Shown in pieces: positions 26,105 to 30,339 of a DNA stretch of 30,339 bases; position 1 is the first letter of the stretch, and the number at the start of each line of letters is the position of its first letter. A model generated the notes under the pieces. That model ran no database searches. It had not been told where the DNA came from and worked only from the letters and a program-made list of their open reading frames with translations. The translations under genes and the position numbers were made by a program. Source of the stretch: Pseudomonadota bacterium (GTDB lineage: Bacteria > Bdellovibrionota_B > Oligoflexia > Oligoflexales > CAIMVM01); the NCBI GenBank assembly GCA_037142195.1, contig JBAXBA010000039.1, positions 1 to 30,339 of the forward strand, read 5' to 3'.

Positions 26105-27580
26105 ATGGCGACACCCAAAAGCAAAAGTCTATTTTTAACATTTTCGATTCTTTTAAATTTCCCATTCATTTCCGCATGTATGGCAATTCGCCATCTTGAG
26201 GCCCCCCTTTCCAGCTCCCAAGCAAAAAGTGCTGCGTCCCCAAGAGCCGTCGCTGCTGCTGCAAAGGGTTATACATTTAATGTGATGGCACCCCTGACTC
26301 TCCCTCAGTCGTCTGAGGAATGGAGCTCTCTCTCTACGCGTCTAGAAAAAATTAAAGAAATGGGGGCTTATGCAGTCTCAACAGACATCTGGTGGGGTTT
26401 AGTTGGAGGCGCAAGAGATGATGTCTTTGACTGGTCAGCCTATTTGAAGTTAGCCAAAGCTATAAAGAGTGTAGGGCTAAAATGGGTCCCCATCTTGTCA
26501 TTTCATCAATGTGGCGGAAACGTCGGTGATGAGTGCAATTTTCCCATCCCTGCATGGCTCTGGGACAAATACCCGGATGCCATCACCGTCAGTGAATTTG
26601 GAAATCCTTCCAAGGAAGTGCTCACCCCTTGGTCTACCCAAAAAACGCTTCCAGAGTACGTTTCTTTTATGCGCTCCTTCAAGACTACCTTCGCGGCCTA
26701 TGCTTCAAACATTGAGGAAATCAACATTAGCTTTGGTCCCTCGGGTGAATTGCGGTTTCCAAGTTACAACAGTCACGACCAAGGGAAGACCGGCTATCCG
26801 ACCAGGGGCGGACTCCAGGCATATGGAGTCCTTGCGAGAGAAAGTTTCAAGAAATATGTAGTCCAAAAATACGGCAGCCTTTTGGAAATTAATAGAGCGT
26901 GGAAAACAACCCTAACAGAACTTTCTCAAGTCAATGTTCCGAGTGATACCAATCTCTTTTACGGAGCTCAAGCCCGGAAGTCTACCTATAATCGAGATTT
27001 ATACAGCTGGTATCACACAAGCCTTTTGGAGCATGGGAGACTTCTGGGCGAAGCAGCCCTCGAAGAGTTTGGAGATTCTCGTTCGCCGATGAAAGGAATC
27101 CAACTCGGAGGGAAGGTCCCTGGTATTCACTGGCGCATGGCTAGCGACCGACTGGCGGAATTAAATGCTGGCCTCATATCCGTCAATATCCAAGCTCGCC
27201 CTAGCAGTCGTGATTACCAAGAAATTGTTGGCCTTTTCGGTTTTTTGGACGAGAAAGCGAAGACGCTTGGGACTCGATTTGTCCTGCATTTTACATGTCT
27301 CGAAATGGGCGACCGTGAAAACGGTGATGTTGCAGCGTCCCTTGCCAAAACACTCGTAAAAATTGTAGGGCAAGCAGCACAACAGCAGAATCTCTTAATT
27401 AAGGGTGAAAACGCCTTATCCAGCACACTTGCCAATCAGCAGGCCTGGGACAATATGAAGGAACATATTTTCAAGGGGCCTTACAAAGGCATTACAATCC
27501 TTCGTTTTGATGACATTCTCAAGTCCGATGTTGCCACTAGAAATTTCAAAGAAATGGTTGAAGCTGCTTTGAAAAAATAG
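26105..27580 (+). CDS. Beta-amylase, glycoside hydrolase family 14 (probable lipoprotein)
   Basis: D.WWG.V, SFHQCGGNVGD.C..PIP.W, GPSGELRFPSY (Glu), KVPGIHW, FTCLEM, GENAL (Glu); lipobox ISAC. Confidence 0.93.
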   Translation: MATPKSKSLFLTFSILLNFPFISACMAIRHLEAPLSSSQAKSAASPRAVAAAAKGYTFNVMAPLTLPQSSEEWSSLSTRLEKIKEMGAYAVSTDIWWGLVGGARDDVFDWSAYLKLAKAIKSVGLKWVPILSFHQCGGNVGDECNFPIPAWLWDKYPDAITVSEFGNPSKEVLTPWSTQKTLPEYVSFMRSFKTTFAAYASNIEEINISFGPSGELRFPSYNSHDQGKTGYPTRGGLQAYGVLARESFKKYVVQKYGSLLEINRAWKTTLTELSQVNVPSDTNLFYGAQARKSTYNRDLYSWYHTSLLEHGRLLGEAALEEFGDSRSPMKGIQLGGKVPGIHWRMASDRLAELNAGLISVNIQARPSSRDYQEIVGLFGFLDEKAKTLGTRFVLHFTCLEMGDRENGDVAASLAKTLVKIVGQAAQQQNLLIKGENALSSTLANQQAWDNMKEHIFKGPYKGITILRFDDILKSDVATRNFKEMVEAALKK

Positions 27581-27924
27581 GAAACGACGGCAAAAGTAAT
27601 TTGGCGAAACAGTCTTTCAAATAAACAAGACATTCTTCTTTTCATACTAGGGGGAATTATTGAAGAACTAAGGCCTTGCGCCAAATTTCCACATCTTCCA
27701 ATAATTTCAGCGAATTTTCCCCTGGTCCTAACAAACAGCTCGATCAATCCGATAGGCCTTCTAATGTATTATATTGGGATTAGATTCCTTGGAAAGATAA
27801 GAGTACCGGCGTTATGATCCCTACAAAGTCTGAAAGACAGACTACTCCAGAATTCTTCTGCTCTAAAACGCCGCAATTAAAGCTAAATGCTGCAAATCCA
27901 AACAAGGCAGTGGGCAGGTTGATT

Positions 27925-28013
27925 ATATCAAAAAGGGCGTTGATTCCCTACCAACTTTTTAAGGTGACTTTCGCTGGTATAGCTTTCTTTTTTAATGATG
28001 CCCTTTTTGATAT
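27925..28013. repeat. 14-bp perfect inverted repeat enclosing 61 nt
   Basis: ATATCAAAAAGGGC ... GCCCTTTTTGATAT. Confidence 0.85.
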
Positions 28014-28147
28014 CTGGTTTCAGGACGATCATTTTGCGGTGTTTTGAGTTCGGCGCGAAGACAAAATGTCTTGACTGGAATACGCCATATGAGACTATGT
28101 TTAAGAAATAGTTGCACTAAAAATTTAATATTTGGGGATCACTGATC

Positions 28148-28561
28148 GTGACTGCGCAGGACATTCGATGGATACAAAGATTCGAAAACTTCGGCAGAGC
28201 GCTCGTTTCTTTTCGTAGTGCCATTAGTCTAGCGAACCAGCGTGAGCTGAGTGACTTGGAAAAGCAGGGCCTAATTCAGTCATTCGAGTACTGCCACGAG
28301 TTAGCTTGGAACACCCTTAAAGACTTACTGGAATACCAAGGTATTACGGGAATGCTTGGCTCACGGGACGCGGTGCGCGAAGGATTTTCCAGAGGCCTTG
28401 TAAGTAATGGTGATATTTGGATGGACATGATAAAAAGCAGAAACTTATCAACCCACACCTATAACAAAAATGTGGCAGACGAGATCGTAGACAAGATTCG
28501 CAGATCCTATAGCGGATGTTTCGAAGAATTGTTCACCAAGTTAAGAAGCCTCGTGTCGTGA
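28148..28561 (+). CDS. HEPN-domain protein, HI0074 family (toxin / nucleotidyltransferase substrate-binding subunit)
   Basis: RW.QRF.NF, GLIQ.FEY..ELAW, WMDMI.SRNLSTHTY with an intact Rx4H motif. Confidence 0.92.
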   Translation: MTAQDIRWIQRFENFGRALVSFRSAISLANQRELSDLEKQGLIQSFEYCHELAWNTLKDLLEYQGITGMLGSRDAVREGFSRGLVSNGDIWMDMIKSRNLSTHTYNKNVADEIVDKIRRSYSGCFEELFTKLRSLVS

Positions 28562-28866
28562 CTACCTCGAGTCTCTTCGGACTAAAGCAATCGCAGCTTT
28601 CGCAAATTACCAATACGCTTAGACTGTGGCCAAAAATTAAGAACGTCATTGTTTTTGGTTCCAGAGCGATGGGTACATTTCGTGAAGGCTCCGATATTGA
28701 TATCGCATTGGACGCACCAGACATGTCGCATGACGAATACTTACGGTTAAGCACGCAGTTAGACGATCTCCTACTACCGCACAAAATAGATTTGATTCTT
28801 ATTCACCAAATCAACAATCAAGCTTTACTAGACCATATTCAGCGGGTAGGACAACGAGTGTTATAA
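28558..28866 (+). CDS. Minimal nucleotidyltransferase (MNT antitoxin)
   Basis: FGSRAMG.FR.GSDIDIA, LDDLLLP.KIDL, HIQRVG; GTGA overlap with the HEPN gene. Confidence 0.92.
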   Translation: MTTSSLFGLKQSQLSQITNTLRLWPKIKNVIVFGSRAMGTFREGSDIDIALDAPDMSHDEYLRLSTQLDDLLLPHKIDLILIHQINNQALLDHIQRVGQRVL

Positions 28867-28895
28867 ACCCAAGTTGTGGAATGAGTAACCTTGCG

Positions 28896-28948
28896 CGGCC
28901 AGTAGCTCAAGGGAATGAGAAACGTTACTACGAATTAACGATAGGGAG
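28896..28948 (+). pseudogene. Degenerate tRNA-Arg(ACG)-like 5' fragment
   Basis: CGGCCAG-TA-GCTCAA...GAG, then CTACGAA at positions 33-39 within a CGTTA/TAACG stem. No TTCG T-loop. Confidence 0.4.
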
Positions 28949-29252
28949 CCATGGGGAGTGCGTGATCTAGCAGGTGGGTGGCAGCTTCTACTTGGTGTTT
29001 GGCACCACAGGAGGGACAGAAGCCTCTTTTCTCGCAGCTGAAGGCTAGTACCTGCTTCTTCTAACTAATCTTAAACACCCATATGCAGGAATCCCACAGC
29101 CACCTCTATTTGGAAGTCAATGTTTCAAAACGAACACAGTGCGCCAAATCAAGACATTGCCCTGTGTTTTCAGCGAATATTGATTATGTCCTAAAATTCT
29201 ACTCCTTTTCTCCGATATTCCTTTTTTGCCTGAATAGGAAGGAAGAATATCG

Positions 29253-29534
29253 ATGTAAAGATCAGATTACCGCCGTGATGACCATCGTCTGAAAAACTTA
29301 GTAGCTGCTTCGGACGACATAAAGAAGTTTGAGGCTTATGGGATTTCCAAGGGTACACTTTGGGAATGGAAGAAAAAAGAAGTTCGTGATTTTTTTACGG
29401 TTCCTTAACTTGAACGGAGCACACCCGACCTTATTTCTGAGAATCTGACCTTAAAAGCGAAGCTCGCTGAAGTAACCGTTGAGCAAGAGCTAGATTTAAA
29501 GACAATTAGGATTTCTGACTTTCAGATCCATTAT
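29253..29534 (+). pseudogene. Truncated transposase/integrase N-terminus (HTH plus coiled coil) with in-frame stops
   Basis: Reads M*RSDYRRDDHRLKNLVAASDDIKKFEAYGISKGTLWEWKKKEVRDFFTVP*LERSTPDLISENLTLKAKLAEV...; the GISKGTL.EW.K HTH and EN..LKAKL coil are typical of IS transposase N-termini. Stops at 29256 and 29406. Confidence 0.65.
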
Positions 29535-30339
29535 GTAAATTCGAGTGGTGAGTTTTTTCCGCTGTCGACCGATTTCCATTTGCATATCCCACCCGGGGCA
29601 ACCAGAAGCCGATTGGAAACTTAAACTGAAAGAATTCTCCCGCCCCAGCCCACCCCTCCCTTTTTTTTCTCCTTTCCTGGCTCTAAAAATTTCTTATCCC
29701 TACCCTTAAGTGTATGATATTTAATCATTTTCCTCTATTCCGGCTCCTTAGCCACCCACCCGTTCATTAATCCCCCGCATTCCTTCGCAACCGTCCGTAA
29801 TTGTTGATGTTTTAGGAATATAAAGTTTGTTCATTTATCATGTGATTTATGAACAAATAGCCCCAGCAAGGGTATGACAGGACTGAATACGTCTCGACTT
29901 GTTCAAATCCTATGCACCGACAACGACAGTTCCGCTGTTGTGTCTTATTTTTATCCCTGCAACGCCGTTTTTGGCAGTGGTGGTGCTTAAATCTTAACAC
30001 ATTGTTGGCATGGAATTTCAAATTTGTTCATGAAAACTACATTTAAACGCGGATGAGAAAGGGGGAGAGGGACACAGGTGGTTTTCCATAAATTAGAGGC
30101 ACAAGTAGGGGAAGTTGCCGGAAATAAAGACGAAAAACCCAAATGCGGAAACCTCGGATTTCCATCAGGATCTGCACTGCTATTAGGCAAATAGGCGACC
30201 CACCATTCCTCAATTCGACTTCTGCTCCTAGAAGTCGATGCTAATAGCGATGATTATTTGTTAGACAAAAGAGCAAACCAAGAACCGCTACATGAAACTT
30301 ATGCAAACTTACTCACGCAAAATCGCTGTTCATTTCCCA

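Noticed and set aside
29540..30339. Short ORFs 29812-30021 and 29987-30190, and a 9-bp hairpin at 30215-30238
   Set aside because: There are no recognisable motifs or RBS. This is probably non-coding upstream DNA. A gene may start near 30292, but too little is visible to call.

Overview
This 30.3 kb window is bacterial chromosomal DNA of moderate GC. The gene style (many orphan lipoproteins, GSIII, a trypsin-like lipoprotein, a GH14 amylase) suggests Bdellovibrionota/Oligoflexia, but that is inference only. Content in order: the 3' end of an exonuclease III-like gene, a trypsin-like lipoprotein, an outer-membrane beta-barrel, a pmbA/tldD pair, two disulfide-rich lipoproteins, an adenosine-deaminase-like amidohydrolase, glutamine synthetase III, an M28 aminopeptidase, a lone serine recombinase, yciH/SUI1, hemE, an orphan histidine kinase, a Q/N/Y/G-repeat lipoprotein, a hypothetical secreted protein, a heterodimeric ABC exporter, a stand-alone DUF2156 domain, DUF5995, a putative Na+/H+ antiporter and a beta-amylase. 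The last ~2.7 kb looks like a decayed accessory region with a HEPN-MNT toxin-antitoxin pair, a tRNA-Arg(ACG)-like relic and a transposase pseudogene. The most notable unexplained signals are a multi-hairpin candidate ncRNA behind the GSIII gene, the prion-like repeat lipoprotein with its long leader and operator, a 10-bp-phased repeat array upstream of the kinase, and the tRNA-like relic. All calls come from reading the sequence; no searches were run.
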